From the NCBI GenBank assembly GCA_043799675.1, contig JAZDNN010000024.1, positions 7,418-71,417 on the forward strand: a stretch of DNA of 64,000 bases, read 5' to 3'. Position numbers and translations under genes: made by a program. The DNA is from Candidatus Aenigmatarchaeota archaeon (GTDB lineage Archaea > Aenigmatarchaeota > Aenigmatarchaeia > Aenigmatarchaeales > JACQIB01). This document shows positions 18,928-28,014 of this stretch, piece by piece (position 1 is the stretch's first letter; each line of letters opens with the position of its first letter). The notes beneath the pieces are model-generated. The model saw nothing but the letters and a program-made list of their open reading frames with translations, was not told the origin of the DNA and did not search any database.

Positions 18928-20335
18928 TGTTCTTCTCCAGCAGCTTGCAGATGAAGACGCGGAAATCCGGAGGAAGTTTTGATAGCATTGTGATAACCGG
19001 GGCACCGCTGGCAACGGTTGATTTCAAAAGGGCAGATGCTATGTGGCTCGGCATTCCTTTGCCCAAAAGAACATGCTCGGGCTGCGCAAAGAACGATTTC
19101 AGGTAATCCAGGGCGACCGTGTGTTCCCTCTCCGTTTCGGTGACCCAGCAGTCCTTCTCTATCCAGCACTTCTTCTCCCTGTAATGCTCCAAAAAGGCCT
19201 TTGCCTGCTTGTGCGACCAGATGGTCGGGCCGACGTGCTTCACCACCCGAGGAACCTGCCACACCTCGAGCTCGAACAGCAGGATGCAATCCTTTCCGTC
19301 CGCCCACACGTCCCTCCTGAGCACGCGGAATCCGCCGTCCGCCAGGAGACCTTCCAGGGAAGCGGAGGCCTTCCGCATCTGCGGCCACAGGGTATCATCC
19401 ACCAGATTCATCGGACGGTCGAACCTGACAAGGTACCAGCGGGTGCGCCTCCTTGCTATGGCTGCAGCCACTTCCTTCACGCTGTACGGCCTGGCGCGGG
19501 GAGGGAAGAACCACTTCTGATGGGGCAACAAAATGAAATCCCTGCACGCCCTGGCAAAAGCAAAGAAGCTGTCTGCCGAGACCGCCGCGGCAACGTTGCG
19601 GTTCGGGTCCACCGGATCTATCACCATCATGGGGGCGCGGAACTTCTCCAAAGCGGCCTGATAATCAACGGCCTTCCGCTCAAGGTCTATCAGGAGGCCT
19701 GCCTCCCATTTCTGCGCCTCGGCCGCGCAGCGGGCAAAACTGCCGTAATGAATGGCAAGCAACTCGCAAAGGTAGCCGGAGAAGCCCTGCGTCTTCACGT
19801 CGGCGCCATAAGCTCCTGCAGCTTTTGCGAAAGCCTTGATGAGCCTCGCGGTGTCGGACAGGTCCGGAGTGAAACGCTTCTTGATATAGGAAACGTGGTG
19901 CGGGGTCCTATCGACCGCGGACTTTATCCTCGACGGATCGGGAACGTCATACGCGGGCACGACGTCTATCGCATAATCCAGCTTTCCCGACTTCATCGAG
20001 CCGCGGAGGTAGGGATGCTCGGCATAGGCTATCTCCCACTTGCCGTTGAGGGTGGAAATTATCTTCTTCGCGAGGTCAAGCCCCTTCTTCTCAAACTCTT
20101 CCCGGCTGACGGCGGGATTGAAAAGCAGGAACAGGTCGAACTCGCGCTTTCCGGCAAGCCAGGTGCCCTTCTCCACCGAGCCGCACATCACGGGCACGGC
20201 CGTGTTTCCCGCTATCTTTGAGGCGACCTGCATCACGGCATTCACGGCCGATTGCATGGCTGACTGGTCGGAAGCGGAGGGGCGTATTTTCTTCAGAACG
20301 GAAGTAAGGACCTTCTCAACCGGCTGCGCTGGCAT
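18914..20335 (-). CDS. cca: CCA-adding tRNA nucleotidyltransferase (archaeal class I)
   Basis: GSVEKGTWLAGKREFDLFLLF polymerase-beta NTase motif; N-terminus trimmed where it is antisense to the CBS gene. Confidence 0.8.
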   Translation of the reverse strand: MPAQPVEKVLTSVLKKIRPSASDQSAMQSAVNAVMQVASKIAGNTAVPVMCGSVEKGTWLAGKREFDLFLLFNPAVSREEFEKKGLDLAKKIISTLNGKWEIAYAEHPYLRGSMKSGKLDYAIDVVPAYDVPDPSRIKSAVDRTPHHVSYIKKRFTPDLSDTARLIKAFAKAAGAYGADVKTQGFSGYLCELLAIHYGSFARCAAEAQKWEAGLLIDLERKAVDYQAALEKFRAPMMVIDPVDPNRNVAAAVSADSFFAFARACRDFILLPHQKWFFPPRARPYSVKEVAAAIARRRTRWYLVRFDRPMNLVDDTLWPQMRKASASLEGLLADGGFRVLRRDVWADGKDCILLFELEVWQVPRVVKHVGPTIWSHKQAKAFLEHYREKKCWIEKDCWVTETEREHTVALDYLKSFFAQPEHVLLGKGMPSHIASALLKSTVASGAPVITMLSKLPPDFRVFICKLLEKNISPV

Positions 20336-20381
20336 ACCTTTAATTGACAGCCTATAAATAAAGGCTAAGGAAAGATTCGGT

Positions 20382-20813
20382 ATGCTGGTCTCGGAAGTGA
20401 TGAACAAGCGGGTCAGGACCTGCCGGAAGGACGACACTGTCCGCCAGGCAGCGCAGGAAATGAACAAGTGGCACATAGGGAGCCTGATCGTGGTGGACGG
20501 CCCGGGAAAGGTCATAGGAATAATAACGGAGAGGGACATCCTGACCGAAGTGGTGGCCAAAGGCCTGCGGAGCGATGACGTGGATGTCAAGGAAATAATG
20601 ACCGGAGACGTGATAGAGGTCGAGTCCAGTGCCACCCTTGAGGATGCGGCCGAGATAATGACACTTAAAAAAATAAAGAAGCTGCCGGTGGTGAGGAAGG
20701 GGCAACTGGTCGGCATCGTGACGGCGACCGACCTGATAATGTACGAGCATTCGCTGATAGAAAAAGTGTCAACCCTGCTGCAGACCGGAAAAAAGGCCGC
20801 TGTGTGCGGCTAA
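20382..20813 (+). CDS. CBS domain pair protein
   Basis: two CBS motifs (HIGSLIVVD, KKLPVVRKGQLVGIVT). Confidence 0.8.
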   Translation: MLVSEVMNKRVRTCRKDDTVRQAAQEMNKWHIGSLIVVDGPGKVIGIITERDILTEVVAKGLRSDDVDVKEIMTGDVIEVESSATLEDAAEIMTLKKIKKLPVVRKGQLVGIVTATDLIMYEHSLIEKVSTLLQTGKKAAVCG

Positions 20814-21511
20814 GCTGAAATCACTTTCTCGTCCGGATAGACCTCGATGCCCCTGCTGGTGATTTCCGCGGCGACTATGCTCCTGTCATGGCTTGTCCCG
20901 CGCATCTTCCTGACGGCGATCGCGTGGCGGAAGTAATTTTCAAACCGTATCTCCATGATGCTTATGACCCCGTCGGCAACGAACTCCTCGAACCCCCACG
21001 TGCTCAGTTCGTCGCGGCCGTGCGATTCGCTGGTGAGGATGCCGGTGCAGCCCAGGCTGCTTATCGCATTGGAAAGATCGAGCAGAGCCTCGCGGCGCTG
21101 TGCGGGCGTTTCTATCATGGAAAGCATTCCGTTTATGCTGTCGAAGGCGACGCGCTTGGCCCTGTTCGCCCTCACCACTTCCCCTATCTCCGCGATTATG
21201 TCCTGCCAGTTGGCCTTCACCTTCCGCCTCCAGTGCTCGAGTTCGGCGGCGTTGCCGCCGAGCATGGTGAAGCCCCTCAGGTCTATTCCCACGCCCTGAA
21301 GGTCGGCCTTGAGCTTCTCCCTGTCCTCCTCCATCGTTATGAAGACGCCCGGTTCGCCGTGCCTGACGCCGGCCTCGATGAAATGCGCGGCAAGCGTGGT
21401 CTTTCCGGTGCCCGCGGGCCCGGTAACAAGGACTATCTTCCCGGCCGGTATTCCGCCATTAAGCATCTTGTCCAAACCGCGGACTCCCGTGCTCACTCTT
21501 TGCATGCTCAT
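20810..21511 (-). CDS. KaiC/RadA-like single-domain ATPase
   Basis: Walker A GPAGTGKT; 233 aa KaiC-domain layout. Confidence 0.7.
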   Translation of the reverse strand: MSMQRVSTGVRGLDKMLNGGIPAGKIVLVTGPAGTGKTTLAAHFIEAGVRHGEPGVFITMEEDREKLKADLQGVGIDLRGFTMLGGNAAELEHWRRKVKANWQDIIAEIGEVVRANRAKRVAFDSINGMLSMIETPAQRREALLDLSNAISSLGCTGILTSESHGRDELSTWGFEEFVADGVISIMEIRFENYFRHAIAVRKMRGTSHDRSIVAAEITSRGIEVYPDEKVISA

Positions 21512-22041
21512 ACATGTATCTTCCTATTTGTAAAGGTTGCGCTTGCCCCCGCAATGAAGCCCGCAAGGTGAAAAACGTCGGACCTGACCGCAATCATCCG
21601 GCCCGCCTCGAAGCTGTTCACCACCGAAACGCCGAAGATGAACATCACGACCATGGGATATGAGAACTTGACAGGTATCATCCCCCTTGCGCGGTCCAGC
21701 GAGACCGCAAGTGCGCCGAATATCGCGGTGCTGTTTCCGGCTATCACCGCCCCGGGGAAGAAGAACAGCAGCGGGACTGCTATGAAAGCGCCCAGCGCAT
21801 AGGCTGTCATGAACCTTGTCGGATTGATATCGAGTTCGATTGCGAGGGCGGCGGTGAGCAGGAGACCCATCAGATTCTCAATCAGGTGATAGACGTTGAA
21901 GTGGGCGAACGGGAACAGCAGGAGGGCCTGCGGATGAAAGTTGGTGAACGAAAGGGATATATCGTCAATGGGTATGGTCAGGAAGGCGAAAACGTTCATT
22001 ACCGCCATGGCTGCTGCGAAAAGGGCTATCAGATTCACCAC
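21508..22041 (-). CDS. rhomboid-like intramembrane protease (6 TM)
   Basis: GNSTAIFG (GxSG-like) and HLAGFIAG motifs in TM helices; overlaps the KaiC gene start by 4 nt. Confidence 0.45.
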   Translation of the reverse strand: MVNLIALFAAAMAVMNVFAFLTIPIDDISLSFTNFHPQALLLFPFAHFNVYHLIENLMGLLLTAALAIELDINPTRFMTAYALGAFIAVPLLFFFPGAVIAGNSTAIFGALAVSLDRARGMIPVKFSYPMVVMFIFGVSVVNSFEAGRMIAVRSDVFHLAGFIAGASATFTNRKIHV

Positions 22042-22185
22042 GGGTTCAATCCTCCAGCGCCTTCTTTATCCGTTCATAACGCAGGACGGAGTGGCGGAGC
22101 TTGTTCTTCTGATACCTGATGAACAGAAGAAGCACCATCGCCAGGACCGCACCGCCGAGACCGAATTCAAGCAGCATGGGTGATA

Positions 22186-22419
22186 TCATCGCATCTTCCT
22201 CCTCTTCACAAACAGGAAAATCATGAGCAGCATACCCAGCAGCGGGATTCCCGCCGCCCCGATACCCAGTTCCACGGTCTGGCCGTTGGCGGTCACCACC
22301 GGTATGAGCGGGACGTTGAAGGCCGCAGCGTTTATCACGAATACAGCAAGAATTGCGGCAAGCCCTGTCAGGAACGGACTGTCGAACGCCCTTGACTTTG
22401 AGCGCTTTTGCATCCTCAT
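22186..22419 (-). CDS. small membrane protein with C-terminal TM plus KRRKMR tail
   Basis: ORF; TM segment followed by basic tail. Confidence 0.3.
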   Translation of the reverse strand: MRMQKRSKSRAFDSPFLTGLAAILAVFVINAAAFNVPLIPVVTANGQTVELGIGAAGIPLLGMLLMIFLFVKRRKMR

Positions 22420-22518
22420 CCTTGTCAGAAATCATATTTAAACCTAGACCAATGGGCTCCGGACTATCCTTCCTGACGTTAACGTATCGGATAAATCCAG
22501 CATCGTATAACAGGTTGC

Positions 22519-22911
22519 ATGCAGATTGCGTGGAGGATAGCTCTCATCCTCCTGACCGGGTTCAGCTTCATCCTGATGCACGAGCTCGGACACTGGACGG
22601 TCGCGGAAGCGTTCTCACTCGACCCCCAATTCGTGCTCGGAGGGGCCAACAGCGGCATACTCGGACTGGCGGTGGGAGTGATGCACAATCCCGCATCGGC
22701 GGGGGAACAAACGATGATAATCCTGGGCGCGACCCTGCTGCCGATGCTGGTGGTGGTTGCGGCCGCCGGGGCGGCCCATTTCACCGGAAGCGAGACAGCC
22801 GTGATGGTCGCCGAGATATACCTCCTCCTTATAGTGGTAAACCTCGTACCGATACCGGGCGTCGGGCAGCTTGATTCGAACAGGCTGATGGCCGCGGTAC
22901 TGCCGCCCTGA
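22519..22911 (+). CDS. membrane-embedded HExxH metalloprotease-like protein
   Basis: HELGH within a TM helix, 130 aa. Confidence 0.4.
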   Translation: MQIAWRIALILLTGFSFILMHELGHWTVAEAFSLDPQFVLGGANSGILGLAVGVMHNPASAGEQTMIILGATLLPMLVVVAAAGAAHFTGSETAVMVAEIYLLLIVVNLVPIPGVGQLDSNRLMAAVLPP

Positions 22912-22922
22912 AGCATAAATAA

Positions 22923-23396
22923 ATGTGCATGATGCTAGTGATTGTCATGCGAATCGTTTTGCCTTTGGCTTTACTGCTGATGGTCCCGGCGGCCGCATTT
23001 GCCGGTGCCGGCGCGCAGGCGACGGCAACTGTGTACGTGTACACCCCTCCGCAGATGATGGTGCAGATAAGCGAGAATTCTTCCGGCCTCACGTGCGGCT
23101 GGACCATCACCGACCCCGATGTAGGCGACACGTTCAGCTCTACTGCGGAATGGTCCGTTGACGGGAAGCAGATGCCCGAGCTGAGCTCCGAAGTCAACGA
23201 CTGCGTTGCAGGAAAGGCGTGTCATTCTCCCTTGCTTTCACCCGCAAAGGAGGATGAGGAATGGACATGCAAGGTAAAGGTGACCGACAGCTACGGGGCC
23301 GTCGGAAACGGGGAAACGAGTTACACCATCGTCCCGCTGGGATTCTTCGGCGGACTTTTCAAGGAAATCGCATGCAACTGGTTCAAGTGGTGCTGA
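22923..23396 (+). CDS. secreted hypothetical protein
   Basis: signal peptide, Cys-containing. Confidence 0.4.
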   Translation: MCMMLVIVMRIVLPLALLLMVPAAAFAGAGAQATATVYVYTPPQMMVQISENSSGLTCGWTITDPDVGDTFSSTAEWSVDGKQMPELSSEVNDCVAGKACHSPLLSPAKEDEEWTCKVKVTDSYGAVGNGETSYTIVPLGFFGGLFKEIACNWFKWC

Positions 23397-23457
23397 AATA
23401 ATCCGGCAACAAGGACCGGCGGCAAAAACGAAAGTATATATTCAACCTCTCCACTCT

Positions 23458-23868
23458 TTGCCCTATATGGCGACGACCAAGGTGGCAATCAAGACCCTGA
23501 AGAACGGGAAGTTCTGCATGATTGACGGGGAGCCGTGCAAGGTCCAGAACCTTTCCACGTCGGTCCCGGGCAAGCACGGCGGAGCGAAGGCCAGGCTGGA
23601 TGCTGTCGGTCTCTTTGACAACCGGCACCGCTCGATAGTCAAACCGGCGGACACGGAGATAGAGGTCCCCATCGTTGAGAAGAAGACGGCGCAGGTGGTG
23701 GCCGTCAACCCGCCGAACGTCCAGCTGATGGACCTGGAGACCTACGAGACGTTCGATGCAATAATCACCGATGAGCTGAAGGACAAGCTCCAGACCGGGA
23801 TGGAAATCAACTACTGGGACATCGAAGGCAGGAAGATGCTCATCGGAATCCGCGCGGAAAAGGAATGA
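23458..23868 (+). CDS. aIF5A: translation initiation factor 5A
   Basis: hypusine-loop PGKHGGAKARL. Confidence 0.85.
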   Translation: MPYMATTKVAIKTLKNGKFCMIDGEPCKVQNLSTSVPGKHGGAKARLDAVGLFDNRHRSIVKPADTEIEVPIVEKKTAQVVAVNPPNVQLMDLETYETFDAIITDELKDKLQTGMEINYWDIEGRKMLIGIRAEKE

Positions 23869-23877
23869 TTACAGACC

Positions 23878-24165
23878 TCAATCGATCGTTCTCTGGACGG
23901 GACCTTTCTTCAGCCTTCCGTAAAGCGTGCCAAGGCCGCCCTCACTGAACATGTATTCCCATCTGCCTTCGCACGGGACCATCTCCGCCTCGCTGCCCTT
24001 TATCATTTCCTTCAGCAGGTCCCTGACGATGCGCGGGGGCGCCCGGAGCGTCAGAACGACCTGCTCAAAGGAGTAAGGACCGGACTGCGGAAGCTCCCCT
24101 GTCGGGTCCTCGGCGAAGGCGTATATGCACCTGAGGGCGTTCGTGATGTCGATTGGTCCGGTCAT
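23878..24165 (-). CDS. hypothetical protein
   Basis: ORF only. Confidence 0.3.
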   Translation of the reverse strand: MTGPIDITNALRCIYAFAEDPTGELPQSGPYSFEQVVLTLRAPPRIVRDLLKEMIKGSEAEMVPCEGRWEYMFSEGGLGTLYGRLKKGPVQRTID

Positions 24166-24195
24166 TCAATCGCTGGGAATTGCCCGAAAACGGAT

Positions 24196-24405
24196 TTAAG
24201 CCTTCTGCTTGCCGCTGGCTGAGAAGACGTCTTCTGCTGTGATCGTCTTTCGGCCTGCGCGTCTGGCTGCCAATGCCGCATCCAACGCAAGCTCAAAACC
24301 TATCTCATCGACCGCTTTCTGGAGCGCCTTTAATGCTTCGGGGGAAATCTTCTCCACCCCGGCGTTCTTCACGATTTTTTCCATGGATTCGACCGGCAGA
24401 GGCAT
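24196..24405 (-). CDS. archaeal histone (HMf family)
   Basis: 69 aa histone fold: IVKNAGVEKISPEA...AGRKTITAEDV. Confidence 0.8.
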   Translation of the reverse strand: MPLPVESMEKIVKNAGVEKISPEALKALQKAVDEIGFELALDAALAARRAGRKTITAEDVFSASGKQKA

Positions 24406-24440
24406 TCGGTTTATAAGCCGCTTAACTAAATAAAGACACT

Positions 24441-24842
24441 ATGGCACGTGCGAAGCGCAAGGCAAGGCATGCCGGGAGAACTGTGCAGGGGAAGCGGAAG
24501 GCTGCCGTCAGGGAGCCGACCGTGCAAAGGGTCTCGTTTTCAACCGCGGGGCGGGACGCGCAACTGCGCATGCTGAGGGAGAAGTTCAAGGAAGAGCTTG
24601 GGGAGATAATGAACACGGCGGCGCAAAAACGGAAGAAGGCAAAATCCAAGCAGCTCCAGCAGATAATCCTTTGGGAAATGGACCAGATACGGCACGCGGA
24701 CGCGAAGTACAGGACCGCCATTGACAGGTTGACAAAGGACGTGCCGGCAGGCGACGAGGAGCAGCGGAAGAACGCCCCGATGTTCAACGAATCTAAGACG
24801 GACAAGAGGCCCGCCCCGAAGGAACAGAAGATGGCCGACTAG
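24441..24842 (+). CDS. basic hypothetical protein
   Basis: K/R-rich 133 aa ORF. Confidence 0.35.
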   Translation: MARAKRKARHAGRTVQGKRKAAVREPTVQRVSFSTAGRDAQLRMLREKFKEELGEIMNTAAQKRKKAKSKQLQQIILWEMDQIRHADAKYRTAIDRLTKDVPAGDEEQRKNAPMFNESKTDKRPAPKEQKMAD

Positions 24843-24903
24843 CTGAAAACAATTGCCTTTTGGCGGGAAAGCATAAGCTTAAAAGGGTTAACGGAGGATA
24901 GCG

Positions 24904-24911
24904 TTTTATAA
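24904..24911 (+). promoter_or_regulatory. TATA box candidate (TTTTATAA) about 40 nt upstream of tfb
   Basis: archaeal TATA consensus TTTAWA seen in the sequence; coordinate +/-1. Confidence 0.4.
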
Positions 24912-24949
24912 GTTTGTATTTTCGCTTCACTACATTAGGGTAGCTAACT

Positions 24950-25945
24950 ATGCCAACCAAAAAGAAGCCTTCGAAACCCGCCAAGGAGGCCAAGCCGGTC
25001 AAGCCGGCAGGAAAGGCCGGCAAGGGCGTCAGTAAATGCCCCGAGTGCGGGACGATGCAGTTCTTCGAGGACGAATCGCGGGGTGAAAGGGTCTGCGCGC
25101 GGTGCGGACTGGTGCTTGAGGAAAGCATGGTCGATACCAGCCCCGAATGGCGTGCTTTTGACGAGGACCAGAGAGGAAAACGGACCAGGACGGGAGCACC
25201 CCTCACAAGGACCAAGCACGACATGGGAATGACCACCGAGATAGGGAGGGGCAAAGGGGAATTGTTCAGGGTCACGCCGGAGAAGAGGGCGCAATACCAC
25301 AGGCTCAAGATATGGCAGAAGAGACTGGTCGAGAGCAAGGACAGGAACCTTTCGTTCGCATTGTCGGAGCTTCAACGGCTCGTGAGCTTCCTGGGGTTGC
25401 CGAAGGGAGTGCACGAGGAAGTGGCAAAGAAGTACGAGCAGGCGGTCGACCGCGGCTTGGTCAGGGGCAGGTCGATGGAATCGGTCATTGCTTCATTATT
25501 GTACGCGGTCACCAGGGAACTGGGGACGCCAAGGACGCTCGAGGAAATTGCCGAAGCAAGCGGCGTGGAAAAGAGGGAAATCGGAAGGACCTACCGTTAC
25601 ATCGCAAGGGAACTGCATATCAGGATACTGCCGGCTCCGCCGGAAGACTATGTGCCAAGATTTGCCAGCATGCTCGGCCTTTCCGACAAGGTGCAGGCAA
25701 GGGCGATACAATTCTTGAGGAGCGCCAAGCGCGATGAGGTGACGGCAGGCAAGGGCCCTACCGGAGTGGCTGCGGCCGCCCTTTACATCGCGGCTGTGCT
25801 TGAGGGCGAGAAGAGGACGCAGAGGGAGATAGCGGATGCGATAGGCGTGACTGAAGTGACAATCCGCAACAGGTTCAAGGAGCTCGTTGAGAAGCTCGGA
25901 ATAGAGAAGGAAGTCGAGGCAAAAGTAAGGGAAATCGGCGGATGA
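24950..25945 (+). CDS. tfb: transcription initiation factor IIB
   Basis: N-terminal Zn ribbon CPECG...CARCG, B-finger, two cyclin repeats. Confidence 0.95.
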   Translation: MPTKKKPSKPAKEAKPVKPAGKAGKGVSKCPECGTMQFFEDESRGERVCARCGLVLEESMVDTSPEWRAFDEDQRGKRTRTGAPLTRTKHDMGMTTEIGRGKGELFRVTPEKRAQYHRLKIWQKRLVESKDRNLSFALSELQRLVSFLGLPKGVHEEVAKKYEQAVDRGLVRGRSMESVIASLLYAVTRELGTPRTLEEIAEASGVEKREIGRTYRYIARELHIRILPAPPEDYVPRFASMLGLSDKVQARAIQFLRSAKRDEVTAGKGPTGVAAAALYIAAVLEGEKRTQREIADAIGVTEVTIRNRFKELVEKLGIEKEVEAKVREIGG

Positions 25946-25951
25946 AAGGAA

Positions 25952-26185
25952 ATGATTGGAATGAATCTTAACAAGGCCGCGGAAATAGAGAAATTCAGGC
26001 AGGCACTTTCGGAACGAACCAAAAGGCCCGTTGTTTACGACGCCCAGATAGACGCGTACAGGTCCGGGCCTGACGGGAGCGTCCTGAAAATAACGAGGGA
26101 TGCGCAAGGCACCGCGGGCAGGATTGAAATAGACGGGGAGACCTTCCCGTTCGAATACGATCCGCAGACCGGACGTTACACATAA
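25952..26185 (+). CDS. hypothetical small protein
   Basis: ORF. Confidence 0.3.
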   Translation: MIGMNLNKAAEIEKFRQALSERTKRPVVYDAQIDAYRSGPDGSVLKITRDAQGTAGRIEIDGETFPFEYDPQTGRYT

Positions 26186-26205
26186 TTTTACATATAAAAG
26201 CTTAA

Positions 26206-26538
26206 TCAGAACCGCTTCAGCTTTTCCTCGATGAATTTCAGCCTGGCATCAATCGTGTCCAGCTTGCTGAGAATCAGCTCAAGCCTGTCATTCTCGGCGT
26301 GGGCATGCCTGGGCTCTTCCTTCGGCTTCTCGCGCTCGGGCGGGGGCTCGGGATGCTTGCGGGGTATGGTGATATCGAAGCCGCCTATCTCCGGCTCGTG
26401 CCTGACCAGCGGGTCGCCCAGCTCGTCTTCCGGAACGTCCTCGGGACCGGGCAGTCTGAGTTCCCTCTTTACCCTTTCCAGCCCTCCGGGCAAGTCGTCG
26501 TCAAGGGAGCCCTTCTTCCTCTTCAGGCGTTCGAACAT
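26206..26538 (-). CDS. hypothetical acidic Pro-rich protein (P3 of operon)
   Basis: internal ATG overlapping the upstream stop as ATGA; C-terminal coiled coil. Confidence 0.4.
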   Translation of the reverse strand: MFERLKRKKGSLDDDLPGGLERVKRELRLPGPEDVPEDELGDPLVRHEPEIGGFDITIPRKHPEPPPEREKPKEEPRHAHAENDRLELILSKLDTIDARLKFIEEKLKRF

Positions 26539-27059
26539 CAGCCTGGCCTCCTGTTGACGGATTCGCGGACATGCGCGTGGGTTATCCCGAACCTTTCGCG
26601 GAGCTCCGCATCGAAGCTGCGCACCTTCGCCTGGGAGTCGGCCAGGTACCTGCGCAGGACGGGCTTGTAGAACGTGTTGAAATACATATAGTAAAGCATG
26701 CCCGTGAACGGATTGTGCCATTCCAGCTCGGTGGTCATGGTAGGCTTCACCCTGACGACTATGTTGCCCGTCTTGGTCTTCTTGTCATACGTGCCCTGGC
26801 ATGCGACCTTTATCCAGATTGTCGTCCAGACGTCCTTCTTGTCCTTGTAGCGCCACTCGCCGTACCAGTGGACAGGGTCGCCGGTCACGTCCCATTCCAG
26901 CCGGTCGGTGAAGGTGCATGAGCTGGAGACGCGCCAGTTCCATTTTGCAATATCATTCATCTCGGCAATCACGAAAGTGGGCTTCGGGACGTTCTTGAAC
27001 TCGCCCGACCAGTCGCGGTTCGGTGCCAGCACGTCCTGCTGGAACTGTATCTTCGACAT
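26538..27059 (-). CDS. hypothetical protein P2 (paralog of P1)
   Basis: shares motifs with P1 (K.Q.QDDLL.P, EW..G...W..KD). Confidence 0.45.
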   Translation of the reverse strand: MSKIQFQQDVLAPNRDWSGEFKNVPKPTFVIAEMNDIAKWNWRVSSSCTFTDRLEWDVTGDPVHWYGEWRYKDKKDVWTTIWIKVACQGTYDKKTKTGNIVVRVKPTMTTELEWHNPFTGMLYYMYFNTFYKPVLRRYLADSQAKVRSFDAELRERFGITHAHVRESVNRRPG

Positions 27060-27060
27060 C

Positions 27061-27588
27061 TCAATCTTCCTTCCGCTCGTTCGTGATTTTCTTTACCTCG
27101 TCAACGAAGTTCGCTATCATCCGCCGCCCGTTGCGTATCCACTGCTCGCGCTTCCTCTCGTAGAACATGGAATGCCAGACCATCCTCAGCACCTCGTACA
27201 GCAGGCTCCTCTCCCAGACGGTGTCCTGCGGGTATTCGGTCCTCAGGTTTGCCTCCTTGACCGCTATCTTGACGGTGCCGTAGCCCTTGTTCTCGCTCCC
27301 GCTCAATTCCACCTCAATATAATAATAGCTGAAGTTGTCGAGGTCCTTGTCGGCCTCCCAAAGGACGCTGAACTTCTCGGTCTCCCCTTTCGTCCAGCTT
27401 ATCTTCTTCTCCTGAATCTGCCCGGTGTGCACCTTGAACGCGGTGGCCATCAGGTTCGGTATTTCCTTGTAAAGCTTCGACGGTTCCGGGCCCGTATAGG
27501 TTATCTGGACCATCGGCCGCGGGCGCAGCAGATCGTCCTGAAGCATCAGTTTGGTCCGCGCAATTGTCATCAGCAAACCTCCGTGCAA
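27061..27588 (-). CDS. hypothetical protein P1
   Basis: see P2. Confidence 0.45.
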   Translation of the reverse strand: MHGGLLMTIARTKLMLQDDLLRPRPMVQITYTGPEPSKLYKEIPNLMATAFKVHTGQIQEKKISWTKGETEKFSVLWEADKDLDNFSYYYIEVELSGSENKGYGTVKIAVKEANLRTEYPQDTVWERSLLYEVLRMVWHSMFYERKREQWIRNGRRMIANFVDEVKKITNERKED

Positions 27589-27750
27589 TTGTCATGTTTG
27601 CGGGACTGCAAGCATGCCTGCTTGCGTCCAGGAACGAAGTTCCTTGATGCCGAAACATTGAGGATGTTTCTCATACGGAGAGATTGCTTAGTCGGAATAT
27701 AAGTATTCGCATGAGGGTAACGCTTTAAGTATCGGCTGCCATCTTATGGC

Positions 27751-28014
27751 ATGTCCTCTCTTTTCGAGCGGATGGAAACCAACATGCAGACCGGACGGGT
27801 GTTCCTGGTGTTCGTTGCGATCGTCCTGTTCGCATGGGGACTGGCCAGCATAAGCCTCAAAATCCTGGGGGTCGCGGTCGCGACGCTCGGGTTCGCATTC
27901 CTGATATGGTTCCCGGGAAGAATCGAGCACCAGAGGAAGCTCTACACAAACGCGATAATAAAACTGGGAGTGCTCTTGGTGGCTGCCGGGCTGCTGATGC
28001 TGATATTCGGGTGA
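27751..28014 (+). CDS. small 2-TM membrane protein
   Basis: ORF; start of a plus-strand operon. Confidence 0.4.
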   Translation: MSSLFERMETNMQTGRVFLVFVAIVLFAWGLASISLKILGVAVATLGFAFLIWFPGRIEHQRKLYTNAIIKLGVLLVAAGLLMLIFG

